Assembly: GCA_046726475.1 (NCBI GenBank) | Contig: JBKPAO010000050.1 | Span: forward strand, 103-64,102 | Source: Gemmatimonadota bacterium | Lineage (GTDB): Bacteria; Gemmatimonadota; Gemmatimonadetes; Gemmatimonadales; GWC2-71-9 | DNA length: 64,000 bases | Direction: 5' to 3' | Part shown: positions 37,259 to 46,965 of the stretch, piece after piece | Numbering within the stretch: position 1 is the first letter of the stretch | Layout of the letters: each line of letters starts with the position of its first letter | Position numbers and translations under genes: made by a program | The notes under the pieces: model-generated | What the model saw: the letters and a program-made list of their open reading frames with translations, nothing else | What the model was told of the DNA's origin: nothing | The model's database searches: none

Positions 37259-38464
37259 TCATCGCAGCGAATCGAGGAAACGTCGCAACAACTCGGTCGT
37301 CTCGCCGGGTTGCTCCACTGGGGGTAGATGAGCCGCCTGGGGGATGAGCACTAGCTGAGCGCCAGGAATAGCTTGGGCCATTACCCGAGCTTGATCGGGC
37401 GGTGTCAGTGTGTCGCTTTCGCCGGCGACGACCAGGGTAGGCAAGCCGGCCAGGGTGGGGAGAAGAAGCTCGCTGCCTTCACGGTCACGCATGGCAGCAA
37501 GCGCGCCCACGATTCCTGCCACAGGAGTATTCAACATCATAGTGCGTACCCTCTCGACAATGTCTGCGCTCCTTTGCGTCACTGGCGCTAACATGTTCGG
37601 CAGCATTGTATCGGCTATGGCAGTAGCACCGCGTTCCCGCGCCATCGCGGCCGCGGCATCTCGAGCACGCCGACCTTCCACCGTATCCGCCTCCGCCCGG
37701 GTATCCATCAGCACCAGTCCTCTCACCCTGGCTCGCCAGTGCCGCAGAAACTCGAACGCGACATACCCTCCCATGGAGAGTCCACAGAGCACCACGTCAT
37801 CGATTCCGAGGGCATCGAGCAGAGCCGCAAGGTCAGCCGCATAGATGTTCATACCATAGCCGAGATCCGGGGCGTCCGACTGCCCCATGCCTCTGAGATC
37901 GGGTGCGATGCGCCGATAGCCGTCAAGCGAATTCATCTGGTCTTGCCATATCGTATGGTCCAAGGGGTACCCGTGAACGAAGAGCACAGCGGGGCCTTCT
38001 CCCCGAACCTCGACGGCGAGGTTCACTCCGTGCACCATGAGGCGTTGCACATTTCCGGGCGATTCGCGCCGAGCGTGCATGTATTCCGTGAACTCCGGAG
38101 GGATAGGAATGGGATGTCCCTCGCGATCAATGCACACGAACACGAACTCGGCACTGGCGATGAGAGTATCATCGCGTACCCGACGCGCCGTCTGACGCAT
38201 GGTAAAGCTGGTGCGTCCATGATGAGTGAGTGTCTGAGAGAACCTGAGGACGTCACCGGGAAAGGCTGCAGCGCGATAGTCGATCACCGTCTTCCGCAGT
38301 GCCGGCCAAGTCCCCGCCCGGGTGAACACGTCCATCCCGGGGCCCCGCAGTAACATCTCCCAGCGAGCGCGTTCGAAGAGACTGAGGAACGCCGCCTGAT
38401 TGAGGTGACCGAATGCGTCGCACTCGTCGGGGTAGACGACCAGGTCGACTTCTGGGAGTGACAT
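37259..38464 (-). CDS. Fusion protein: 4HBT/YbgC-type acyl-CoA thioesterase (N-terminal) plus alpha/beta hydrolase (C-terminal)
   Basis: The N-terminal part, VYPDECDAFGHLNQAAFLSLFERARWE, is hotdog-thioesterase-like. The C-terminal part has LFVHGYPLD and the nucleophile elbow GLSMGG. The start was set at MSLPEV. Confidence 0.75.
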   Translation of the reverse strand: MSLPEVDLVVYPDECDAFGHLNQAAFLSLFERARWEMLLRGPGMDVFTRAGTWPALRKTVIDYRAAAFPGDVLRFSQTLTHHGRTSFTMRQTARRVRDDTLIASAEFVFVCIDREGHPIPIPPEFTEYMHARRESPGNVQRLMVHGVNLAVEVRGEGPAVLFVHGYPLDHTIWQDQMNSLDGYRRIAPDLRGMGQSDAPDLGYGMNIYAADLAALLDALGIDDVVLCGLSMGGYVAFEFLRHWRARVRGLVLMDTRAEADTVEGRRARDAAAAMARERGATAIADTMLPNMLAPVTQRSADIVERVRTMMLNTPVAGIVGALAAMRDREGSELLLPTLAGLPTLVVAGESDTLTPPDQARVMAQAIPGAQLVLIPQAAHLPPVEQPGETTELLRRFLDSLR

Positions 38465-38571
38465 GGGCAAATAATAGTGGGGCAGCGGGGCCGCGGGGCT
38501 GTGTCTATGTTTCCAGCAATTCGAGCTGTTATTCACTGCCCTGCTTCCAGCGGCCCTGCCGCCCGGCCGAC

Positions 38572-38742
38572 ATGAAACCACCGACCGATTACATCCGCCA
38601 CGCCGCCCGGCTCGCCCGAAAGCTGCAAATGGAGGGTGCTGTGGGAGGCACGCCGCAACCTGATGCCGAGTTCTACAAAGCACTCTCCAAGGCATTTGAT
38701 GAGATCGCCGCCGGCCTGGAGCTCGTAGGCAAGCCGGACTGA
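38572..38742 (+). CDS. Hypothetical small protein (56 aa)
   Basis: Internal ATG of track ORF 38413..38742, in the gap upstream of rnd. I recognise no domain. Confidence 0.3.
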   Translation: MKPPTDYIRHAARLARKLQMEGAVGGTPQPDAEFYKALSKAFDEIAAGLELVGKPD

Positions 38743-38785
38743 TCGCGTTGCGACGGGACCACGTAAGCCTCTGGCACCTTTCCCG

Positions 38786-39955
38786 GTGAACGCCCCGCCG
38801 GAACAGGCACCCAACCACGCTCGCCTGATCGAGAGTCAGAGCGAGCTGGTGCGACTGGTTCAAGAGATCAAGTCGGAGCCGCTCGTCGCGCTTGATACCG
38901 AAGCGGCCAGCTTTCATCGGTTCCGGGACCGGGTTTACCTAATCCAGGTCTCCTCCAGGCAGGAAACCGCGGTGGTCGATCCTCTCGCAGTCACCGATCT
39001 CACCCCACTGGGCGATATCCTGGCCGATCCGCAGATCGAGATCGTCTTTCATGATGCCGATTATGATCTTCGGCTCCTGGCCCATGAGTACGGCATTCGG
39101 GGAACGAACCTCTTTGACACTCGCATTGCGGCACAGCTGCTCAACGAGCCGGGGGTGGGACTCGCGGCGCTCCTGGAGAAGTACTTCGGGATCCAGCTCG
39201 ACAAGCGGTACCAGCGAGCCGACTGGTCGGCCCGTCCGCTCACACCCGGGATGCTGGACTACGCGGCCGCGGATACCCGCTACCTCCCCGAGCTCCGCGA
39301 TATTCTGAGAGAGAAGCTGCGCGAGGGTGGACGCCTCGAATGGGCGGAGGAGGAGTTCTCGATATTGAGCGCGAACCCACGTACCCCGGTCGAGGCTGAG
39401 GAACCGGCGTATCTCCGGCTCAAGGGGGCAAAGGCGCTCGGCCGTCGAGAGCTGGCGGTTCTGCGGGAGCTAGTCCAGTGGCGGGAGGAGCTGGCCCGGC
39501 GGACCGACCGGGCAGCGTTTCGCATTCTCAACAACGAGCCGATGTTGCTCATGGCCAAATCACCGCCCCGGGATCTAGACGGTCTCCGGGCGATCAGAGG
39601 AATAGGCCAGGAGCAGTTGGAGCGACGGGGCAAAGACCTGCTTGCCGCGGTGGAGCGTGGTCTGGCGATCCCGGATAGTGATCTTCCCCGAGTGGAGCGC
39701 CCGTCTCGCAGGCCCCCCGACGCCGCGTATGAGGCGCGGCTGGAGCGATTGAAGGTGGCTCGCAACGGTCTCGCCGAACGGTATCAGCTCGCTCCGGGTA
39801 TTCTTTGTCCCAATGGTACGCTGGAAGCGATCGCCAGAATCAACCCGAGTACGCTCGAACAGATGTCCGAGATACGGGAAATGCGTCGCTGGCAGCTGCG
39901 TGAATTTGGCGCAGCGCTACTCAACCCACTTCAACAACCTGTCGCCGGGGAGTAA
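38786..39955 (+). CDS. rnd: Ribonuclease D (DEDDy 3'-5' exonuclease plus HRDC domain)
   Basis: ALDTEA (Exo I), HDADYDL (Exo II), YAAADTRYL (Exo III), and a C-terminal HRDC-like region. Confidence 0.85.
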   Translation: MNAPPEQAPNHARLIESQSELVRLVQEIKSEPLVALDTEAASFHRFRDRVYLIQVSSRQETAVVDPLAVTDLTPLGDILADPQIEIVFHDADYDLRLLAHEYGIRGTNLFDTRIAAQLLNEPGVGLAALLEKYFGIQLDKRYQRADWSARPLTPGMLDYAAADTRYLPELRDILREKLREGGRLEWAEEEFSILSANPRTPVEAEEPAYLRLKGAKALGRRELAVLRELVQWREELARRTDRAAFRILNNEPMLLMAKSPPRDLDGLRAIRGIGQEQLERRGKDLLAAVERGLAIPDSDLPRVERPSRRPPDAAYEARLERLKVARNGLAERYQLAPGILCPNGTLEAIARINPSTLEQMSEIREMRRWQLREFGAALLNPLQQPVAGE

Positions 39956-39961
39956 AATCGG

Positions 39962-40294
39962 TCAGAAGCCGAGGAACGCGCGGACCCGAGGGTCCATCTT
40001 TTCTGGGGTCCAATACGGGTCCCACACCAGCTCAACCTCGACCGCCTGAACCCCTTCCATGTCGCCCACCACCCGCTTCACGTCTTCAATGATTTCTCCA
40101 CCGGCGGGACAGCCAGGGGAAGTGAGCGTCATTTCCACACGGACATTTCCCGCCTGGTCGCTTTCCACGTCATAGACCAGACCGATATCTATGATGTTGA
40201 GGTTGAGTTCCGGGTCCTTGACCGCGCGAAGCGCTTTACGGATCGCGTCCGATGTGGGGATGGGTGGGCCCGCAGAGGGGAGAGGAGAGGACAT
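39962..40294 (-). CDS. DUF59 / SufT-like metal-sulfur cluster assembly factor
   Basis: VKDPELNLNIIDIGLVY and TLTSPGCP motifs. The start was set at MSSPLPS. Confidence 0.8.
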   Translation of the reverse strand: MSSPLPSAGPPIPTSDAIRKALRAVKDPELNLNIIDIGLVYDVESDQAGNVRVEMTLTSPGCPAGGEIIEDVKRVVGDMEGVQAVEVELVWDPYWTPEKMDPRVRAFLGF

Positions 40295-40322
40295 ACATAA
40301 AACATAGCATCGTCCGGCGCCC

Positions 40323-41477
40323 TCAGCATCGGGCAACCAGCTCCTGCTGACAGGCATGGGGAACCAGGCGCACGGCAGCATCCGACAGCTCGGCCCTCAC
40401 ATCGCGCAGCCGGTGCATGGAGTCCCGCACTCGAGGGTCGAAGGTCCGGTTGGTGAGGAACACCATAAACAGGTCTCGGGTGGGATCGATCCAGAGCTCG
40501 GTACCGGTGAAACCGGTGTGGCCGTAGGCAGCATCGCTGATGAGTGTTCCAAACACACTCTCCTGGCCGAGGTTGCGCTCGGGAGTGTCCCAGCCCAACA
40601 GTCGCGGTCCTGCAGTCTCCCCTCGAGTCAAGAAGCGTTTCAGGGTAGCGGGACTGACCCACTGACCAGTCGCTCCCGAGCCGCCTCGCAGCCATACCTG
40701 GGCGTACCGTGCCAGGTCCATCGCGGTGGTAAATATCCCGGCGTTGCCGGCCACTCCTCCAAGCACCGCGGCGTTGGGATCGTTCACCTGACCTTGCACC
40801 GGCTGTCCGCGCCATACGGCGCTCGGTACAACTCGCCGGCGAATCGCAGCGGCAGGATGATACGTGGTCTGCTCCAGCCCCAATGGCTCGAACACTTCCC
40901 GGGCTACAAAGCGGTCCAGGGAGGTCTGGCCGACCGCCTCCACCAAAAGACCCAAGAGCAACGCGTTTAGGTCGCTATAGACCGGCTCAGCTCCTGGCTC
41001 GCGTACCACGTTCTCGGCGTAGAGCTGCTCGATCGCACCGGCTCGGGTCCGGGCGCGCTTGAAGAGTGGTGCGTAACTGCGAAGGCCGCTGGTGTGATCG
41101 AGCAGCATTCGGACGGTGACCCGTTCCTTGAGGCCGCCGGAAAACCTTGGGAGGTATCGCTTAACGGGAGCCTCGAGATCGACCTTGCCCGCATCCACCA
41201 GACGCATGACGGCGCTCGCGGTGCCCAGCACCTTCGAGATGGAGGCGATGTCCCACAGAGTAGAATCGGGACTCGGAACCACCGATGCCGGGTTCCAGGT
41301 AAAGTGGCCGTATCCCCGGGCATAGAGGATCGAGTCGCCCCGTCCGATTACCACCGCGGCAGCGGGGTAGATGCCACGATCGATACCCTCGCGAACGGCG
41401 GCATCCACTTCATCCACCGATTGAGCTCGCACGGGAAGGGCTGCTCCAGAAAGCGCGGAAATGGACAGCAAAACCAT
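40323..41477 (-). CDS. Serine hydrolase (class C beta-lactamase / PBP4-like family)
   Basis: Has the SxxK motif (SISK). The signal-like N-terminus is MVLLSISALSGAALPVRAQS; an upstream CTG start would add a basic n-region. Confidence 0.8.
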   Translation of the reverse strand: MVLLSISALSGAALPVRAQSVDEVDAAVREGIDRGIYPAAAVVIGRGDSILYARGYGHFTWNPASVVPSPDSTLWDIASISKVLGTASAVMRLVDAGKVDLEAPVKRYLPRFSGGLKERVTVRMLLDHTSGLRSYAPLFKRARTRAGAIEQLYAENVVREPGAEPVYSDLNALLLGLLVEAVGQTSLDRFVAREVFEPLGLEQTTYHPAAAIRRRVVPSAVWRGQPVQGQVNDPNAAVLGGVAGNAGIFTTAMDLARYAQVWLRGGSGATGQWVSPATLKRFLTRGETAGPRLLGWDTPERNLGQESVFGTLISDAAYGHTGFTGTELWIDPTRDLFMVFLTNRTFDPRVRDSMHRLRDVRAELSDAAVRLVPHACQQELVARC

Positions 41478-41551
41478 GCCGTACCCGGCAGGCCGCTTCG
41501 CCCAGCGGGACAGGTTCCTCGGTAGTATAAGGCGGGTGAGACAAAGAGTCT

Positions 41552-42367
41552 TCAGGGACGCTCTCCCTGATCTCGAACCGGGCCGATCGGAAGTTGGTAG
41601 AGCACTTGAGCAGTACGCCGGTCGCGTCCCGACAGAATTGCCGTTTGGGTCGCGGGAAACATCACGTCGTTGGAATCGGGCGAGTGAGGTAGCCCGAGGG
41701 CGTGGCCAGCCTCGTGCACTGCAACTGTCAACAGTGCCGGATCGGGCAGCACGACCCCCGTATTGGTGCGGAGTGCCAGCAGGATTGCAGCCTTGCGCAC
41801 TCGTCCGGCTTGATCCCAGGTAAGGTCGGTCTGGCCGGCGCGATCGAAATCGAAGTGATCGATCCACTGCACCAGGATATCCGCCTCAGCGGTGTCCGCG
41901 ATGGTGGCAAATCGAATCCCGGTCCCCACGCTTTCCCAACGGGCGAGCGCCTCGCGGACGTACTCCGCCATTTTCGGCTGATAACCCGCCGGTCCCCCTT
42001 CCACGATGGACACCCGAAGCGGAACCCCGCTGCGGTCAGGCCACCGACGTATTACCGAGTCAGTGCTGATGATGAGAGAGTCCAGATAGGTCTGGCTTGC
42101 CTCGCGGCTGAGCTGTTGGCGCGCAGCCAGACGGGCTAAACGATCGATTGTGGGAGTACCCGGGGAAAGCGCCGGGGTGCTTGAGACCGTCGGCTCTGAG
42201 GATGGAACCGGTTCGGCCGAAGGCCGTAGCTCGACGGTAGCGGACCGGGTGTCGCTCGGGCCTTGCACCGCTGGAGGCGGTGAGTGGGTAAGGCCATGCG
42301 ACACCCGGTCCGCTACCACCATCGCAAACAGCACGAATGTCACCAGGGGCAGAACCGCGCGCTTCAT
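41552..42367 (-). CDS. Matrixin (M10) family zinc metalloprotease, secreted
   Basis: HEAGHALGLPHS (the HExxHxxGxxH pattern), followed by a Met-turn-like VMFP, and the signal peptide MKRAVLPLVTFVLFAMVVA. Confidence 0.8.
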   Translation of the reverse strand: MKRAVLPLVTFVLFAMVVADRVSHGLTHSPPPAVQGPSDTRSATVELRPSAEPVPSSEPTVSSTPALSPGTPTIDRLARLAARQQLSREASQTYLDSLIISTDSVIRRWPDRSGVPLRVSIVEGGPAGYQPKMAEYVREALARWESVGTGIRFATIADTAEADILVQWIDHFDFDRAGQTDLTWDQAGRVRKAAILLALRTNTGVVLPDPALLTVAVHEAGHALGLPHSPDSNDVMFPATQTAILSGRDRRTAQVLYQLPIGPVRDQGERP

Positions 42368-42508
42368 GGATCTCCGCGAGATGGTTCGGGGTCCGGCAGC
42401 CACCCAGCTCCGTGTCCTATACCCGCTTGGGCCATCTCCAGCCCAGCGTCACGGTGATGCAAACAGCGGCGTCACTTCAGCTTGATGCAAGTTCTGCGCG
42501 CGGCGGCC

Positions 42509-45361
42509 CTACTTCTTCGCTTCGAGCCAGTTGGGGCCGATACCGATATCCACTACCAACGGAACCTGCAGCTGGGCCACGTTTTCCATATGGTCCCGGA
42601 CCAGCTCGGTCATGACTTCCACTTCATCCGGCGGAACTTCGAAGATGAGCTCGTCGTGTACCTGAAGCAGCATGCGGCCAGCCAATCCGCGGTCGCTTAT
42701 AGCCTGGTGAATCCGCACCATGGCGAGCTTGATCAGATCTGCAGCGGAACCCTGAAGCGGTGAGTTCTGGGCGTTGCGCTCTCCATATGCCCGGAGACTG
42801 AAGTTGCGCTCCTTCATCTCCGGTATGTAGCGACGGCGCTTGAAAAGGGTCTCGACATATCCCTGCTCCCTGGCCAAGGCTATCTGGCGGTCGAGAAAGG
42901 CCCTGACCCCGGAGAAACGTTCGAAATACCGGGCGATAAACCCCCTGGCGTCGTCGAGAGAGATGCCCAACTGCCGACTCAGGGCAAAGGCACCCTGGCC
43001 GTAGATCGTTGCGAAGTTGATGGTCTTGGCCCGGGCGCGCATCTCCGGGGTGACCTGGTCGACCGGCACGCTGAAGATGAGTGCGGCAGTCTGGCGGTGA
43101 ATGTCTCCGCCCTGCCGAAACGCCTCGATGAATGCCGCGTCGCCGGACAAATGAGCCATGATGCGAAGCTCGATCTGGGAGTAGTCTGCGACCAAGAAAA
43201 CCCAGCCGGCGCGAGGTACGAAGCCAGCCCGTATCGCCTCACCACGAGGAGTTCGGATAGGAATGTTCTGCAGGTTAGGCTCGGCGGAGCTGAGCCGGCC
43301 GGTGGCAGCACCCGCCTGGTTGAAACTGGTGTGAATCCGTCCCGTCGTCCGGTTGATCCGGCCGGGTAGGGTATCGACGTAGGTGCTCTTCAGCTTCTGG
43401 AGCTCGCGATATTCCAGAATCAGTCGGGGGAGCTCGTGACCCATTGCCGCCAGCTGCTCGAGCACGTCGGCATCGGTCGAGGGTCCGCTCTTGGTCTTCT
43501 TCAACACCGGGAGCTGGAGCTTCTCAAACAGAATGCTCGCCAGTTGACGCGGCGAGTTGAGGTTTACATCGGTCCCCGCCGCCCGTGCAATCTCCTCTTC
43601 CAACCGGCGCAAATCACCGCCGAGCTCGGCACTCAGGCGCTGAAACACGCTCCGATCGATGGTGATGCCTTCCCATTCCATATCGACCAGCACCTTCACG
43701 AGCGGCATCTCGATATCGCGGAGCAACGGCTCCAGTGACATCTCAGCGAGCATCGGAGCAAAGTATCGATGCAGTGCGAGCACGGTCGCGCCATCAGTGC
43801 CGCAGTAGTTTGCCGCGATGGGGACAGCGACCTCGGCGAATGGGATCGCTGCCTTCCCTTTGCCCGCCAGCTCGTGATAGGTCTGCAGGGTACGGCCGAG
43901 ATGCTCGAGACAAAGTGTGTCGATGGTATGAGATCGTCGTCCCGGATCGAGCACGAAGCTCGCCAGCATGGAATCGAAGGTGACTCCGTCCAGCTCGACC
44001 CCGGCCCGGCGGAGCACTTGCCAACCAAACTTGATGTCGTGGCCGGCCTTGGGCACACGAACGTCTCGCAACAAGCCCCCGATGGGCTCCGAAGCAGGGT
44101 GGTCGAGGGGCGGGAGGTTCCGAACCGGAGGGGGAGCCGCAAGCTCGCCACCGGCGGGACGGTGTCCAAACGGCAGGTACCACACTTCTTCCGGGCTTGC
44201 CGCCAACGAGAGTCCCACCACCTCGGCGTCGTGAGCCTCAAAAGAGGAGGCTTCCACATCGAGACCTACGAGGGGGGCCTCTCGCAGCCGCGCGATCAAA
44301 GCGGGGATGTCGGAGGGATCGTCCACGATGGTCACCGTGGGTGCGGTCGGGCCGGACAAATCAGAGAGGGTGAGCCAGGAGTCGGCCGAGAAATCCAGGT
44401 CTGAGGATTCGTCATCGGTAGCCTCCCCAATGCCTGGCGGTGAGGCCTCCGGCGCGGCAGGGGAATCGGTCAACCGCCGGACCAAGGAGTAGAACTCGAG
44501 CTCGGTTAACAGCCGAATCACGGCGTCACGGTCGGGCTCGTGGAGGATCAGCTCTCTCATGTCGAGCTCGACAGGGACGTCACGCTTGATGGTGACGAGC
44601 TCCCGGGAGAGTCGCGCGTTTTCCGCTTGACTCAAGAGCGCCTCCCGGGGTCGCTTGGCAGTCACCTCACTGGCGCGGGCCAGCATGGTCTCGAGATCGC
44701 CGAATTCGGCGAGGAGCTTCTGCGCCCCTTTCTCGCCGATCCCCTTGACCCCGGGGATGTTATCCGAGGAATCGCCGACCAAGGCGAGAAAATCGACCAC
44801 TTGCCGCGGGGGGACACCCAGCCGGTCAGTCGCATTGGACTCATCCACCCAGACTTCGTCCACGGCAGCTGGCCCACCCCGACCCGGATTCAACAGGGCA
44901 ATTCCCGGTCCCACCAGCTGATAAAAATCCTTGTCGCCTGATACAATCACCGCCTGGAGGCCGCTGTTCGCTGCAGCATGGGCCAGTGTCCCGATCACGT
45001 CATCAGCCTCATACCCTCGGATCGCGATGATCGGAACGCCAAACGCCTCCAGCAGCTGGCAGATCCGCTCCACCGACCTATTGAAGTCTGCTTGCAGCTC
45101 CTGATCCAGCTTTTCCCGGGTCGATTTGTACTCGGCAAACCGCTGTTCTCGAAACGAGGTACCCGCGTCATTGATCCAGGCGACATAATCGGGCCGGTAT
45201 TTCTCCCGCAGACGGAGGAGGAAATTGACGATGCCCAAGGCCGCCGACGTATTTTCGCCTTTAGCCGTGCGAAGCGGTCGCGCGATCATCGCGTAGAAGG
45301 CGCGATAGATCAGGGCATACCCGTCGATCAGGAACAGTTGAGGCGGATTGTGATTCGGCAT
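42509..45361 (-). CDS. polA: DNA polymerase I
   Basis: 5' nuclease N-terminus LFLIDGYALIYRAFYA, a 3'-5' exonuclease region, and pol motifs DYSQIELR and QVHDEL. The start was set at MPNHNPP. Confidence 0.95.
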   Translation of the reverse strand: MPNHNPPQLFLIDGYALIYRAFYAMIARPLRTAKGENTSAALGIVNFLLRLREKYRPDYVAWINDAGTSFREQRFAEYKSTREKLDQELQADFNRSVERICQLLEAFGVPIIAIRGYEADDVIGTLAHAAANSGLQAVIVSGDKDFYQLVGPGIALLNPGRGGPAAVDEVWVDESNATDRLGVPPRQVVDFLALVGDSSDNIPGVKGIGEKGAQKLLAEFGDLETMLARASEVTAKRPREALLSQAENARLSRELVTIKRDVPVELDMRELILHEPDRDAVIRLLTELEFYSLVRRLTDSPAAPEASPPGIGEATDDESSDLDFSADSWLTLSDLSGPTAPTVTIVDDPSDIPALIARLREAPLVGLDVEASSFEAHDAEVVGLSLAASPEEVWYLPFGHRPAGGELAAPPPVRNLPPLDHPASEPIGGLLRDVRVPKAGHDIKFGWQVLRRAGVELDGVTFDSMLASFVLDPGRRSHTIDTLCLEHLGRTLQTYHELAGKGKAAIPFAEVAVPIAANYCGTDGATVLALHRYFAPMLAEMSLEPLLRDIEMPLVKVLVDMEWEGITIDRSVFQRLSAELGGDLRRLEEEIARAAGTDVNLNSPRQLASILFEKLQLPVLKKTKSGPSTDADVLEQLAAMGHELPRLILEYRELQKLKSTYVDTLPGRINRTTGRIHTSFNQAGAATGRLSSAEPNLQNIPIRTPRGEAIRAGFVPRAGWVFLVADYSQIELRIMAHLSGDAAFIEAFRQGGDIHRQTAALIFSVPVDQVTPEMRARAKTINFATIYGQGAFALSRQLGISLDDARGFIARYFERFSGVRAFLDRQIALAREQGYVETLFKRRRYIPEMKERNFSLRAYGERNAQNSPLQGSAADLIKLAMVRIHQAISDRGLAGRMLLQVHDELIFEVPPDEVEVMTELVRDHMENVAQLQVPLVVDIGIGPNWLEAKK

Positions 45362-45370
45362 GGATGGAAA

Positions 45371-45419
45371 ATAAGGCGGGAAGGACGTGAAGGGCGGACA
45401 AGAGGGGAACGGCGGGAAA
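45371..45419. repeat. Purine-rich simple-repeat arm (GGCGGGAA-type units)
   Basis: The sequence is taaggcgggaaggacgtgaagggcggacaagaggggaacggcgggaaaa. It is partly complementary to 45450-45479. Confidence 0.5.
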
Positions 45420-45449
45420 ATCGAGAAGCGCGTCACATGGGCCTCGCGT

Positions 45450-45479
45450 CATCCCGGCCTTCCCGTCTTTCCGCCTACC
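45450..45479. repeat. Pyrimidine-rich arm (tcccggccttcccgtctttccgcctaccg), inverted partner of 45371-45419
   Basis: Read directly. It lies between the GWxTD gene stop and the polA start. Confidence 0.5.
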
Positions 45480-45482
45480 GAT

Positions 45483-46820
45483 CTACCCCTGCCGGCGAAC
45501 TCGGTTGAGTGTTCGCTCGAATTCGGAGCGCGAGCCCGGCGTCAGCCGGAGCCGGCCAAACCCGGTCTCATCCTCGAAGAAGAGAGCCAGCCGGTAGGTG
45601 AGGTAGCTCCAGCGCACGACCCTTCCCGCGGTCCCTGGGGTGCTTTCGATGCTCTCGTCGGGGGCCCCTAAAGCGATGAAGACCTCTCCGCGATCGGTCC
45701 TCCAGCCCGGCACACCCTCGTCAGTGAATCGAGCGTTGGCTGAGCTGATCCGTCCGAAATACTGATTCAGCGCTTCGTTTTCCGGGGTGATCTTATTGGG
45801 GTCGGTATCGGCGTAGAACTGTCGCCACAGACGGGAGCGCTCCGATGGACGCGCCTTCCGCATTGCGTTGACCCGGGCATCTTCTCCGAAGTAGCGGAGT
45901 AGGTCGAGCATCTCATCGTAGTTGGTGATCACCCAGGCCTGAGAGAACGAGACCAGCGCGGACGTGGTCCGTTGGGTCGGTTTGCTGCCGACGACCAGCT
46001 GGAGCTCGCCGAGCGAGATGCTGTCGGGCGCCAGCCGGATAACCTGACTTTCGACCGGCCGCCCACCACGGAACCTCAAGGAGTCGGTGTAGATGATCTC
46101 CTGCTGTTCGTCGAGGACCTCGAACGGAATGGTGGTCGGGCCGGAAAAGTCGTATCCCTCGATATATGCCAACAGGGTATCGGAGCCATAACCGACGGCG
46201 CCGCGCGGGTTCAGCACCACCGAAAGCGGATCCGCCGGACTGCCTCGTCCGGTCGCTTGATAGGCCAGAATCGGTGCCGACGTGGTGCCCGGCTGGAACG
46301 CCGGTGCGGTGTACCGGCCTTGCGCTCTGCTCTCCGCGGTGGAGCTTGCATCACGCACCGTGACGGACACGTTGTAGGGGCCTGGCGTCAGCCGGAGTAC
46401 CTGTTGAAACAGTACACTTTCTTCGGCACGCAAGGTCTCCTGAAAGGTAGGGACCCGTACGATCTCATCCCGGGTCAACTCGACCGATCGGGCCCCTTCA
46501 CGCTGGAATGAGATCCCGACGCGGTATCTTGCCACGAAGATGTTTCCGTCACGCTGAAATGACAGGGCTCGATTCTCCAGCGAGAGCCCGATAATCGTGA
46601 TGACCGAGTCTTTCGGACCGGCGGCGAACGCTACGGTCCCGACAAACGGCAACGGATCGCCGGCTGCGAGACGGCCGAGCCGCTGATAGAACGCAGAGGG
46701 GTTAACGACTTTGGTCAGCTGATCTGCGGGCGCGGGGCTGTCCTGGGTACCGACTCGTTTCCAGCTGCCGCACCGCAGTGCAGCGAAACAGAGCAGGGCC
46801 AGGATGACCAACCGACGCAT
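45483..46820 (-). CDS. GWxTD domain-containing protein, secreted
   Basis: The eponymous motif GWRTDRGEVFIALGAPD is near the C-terminus. The signal peptide is MRRLVILALLCFAALRC. Confidence 0.8.
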   Translation of the reverse strand: MRRLVILALLCFAALRCGSWKRVGTQDSPAPADQLTKVVNPSAFYQRLGRLAAGDPLPFVGTVAFAAGPKDSVITIIGLSLENRALSFQRDGNIFVARYRVGISFQREGARSVELTRDEIVRVPTFQETLRAEESVLFQQVLRLTPGPYNVSVTVRDASSTAESRAQGRYTAPAFQPGTTSAPILAYQATGRGSPADPLSVVLNPRGAVGYGSDTLLAYIEGYDFSGPTTIPFEVLDEQQEIIYTDSLRFRGGRPVESQVIRLAPDSISLGELQLVVGSKPTQRTTSALVSFSQAWVITNYDEMLDLLRYFGEDARVNAMRKARPSERSRLWRQFYADTDPNKITPENEALNQYFGRISSANARFTDEGVPGWRTDRGEVFIALGAPDESIESTPGTAGRVVRWSYLTYRLALFFEDETGFGRLRLTPGSRSEFERTLNRVRRQG

Positions 46821-46965
46821 GACTTACCCCCGAAATCGAGCTGAGCTGGCATTGTTGCAGAACGCGAAGGTTAGTGACGCCGCAGGAGAGGCGTCAAGCA
46901 CGTCCTAATGTCAGAAGAAGGACCAACTTGCTGCCTCCTCTGAGATGGAGTAGCTTGGCCATTCA

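Noticed and set aside
36420-38917. Long N-terminal extensions in the ORF track (ferredoxin 232 aa, thioesterase fusion 552 aa). The same applies to 20770..22053, 23986..25071, 40323..41867, 42509..45436 and 9745..10866.
   Set aside because: The extensions are low-complexity, they overlap neighbouring genes or intergenic repeats, and internal starts with an RBS, a signal peptide or a conserved N-terminus fit better. The starts were trimmed accordingly.
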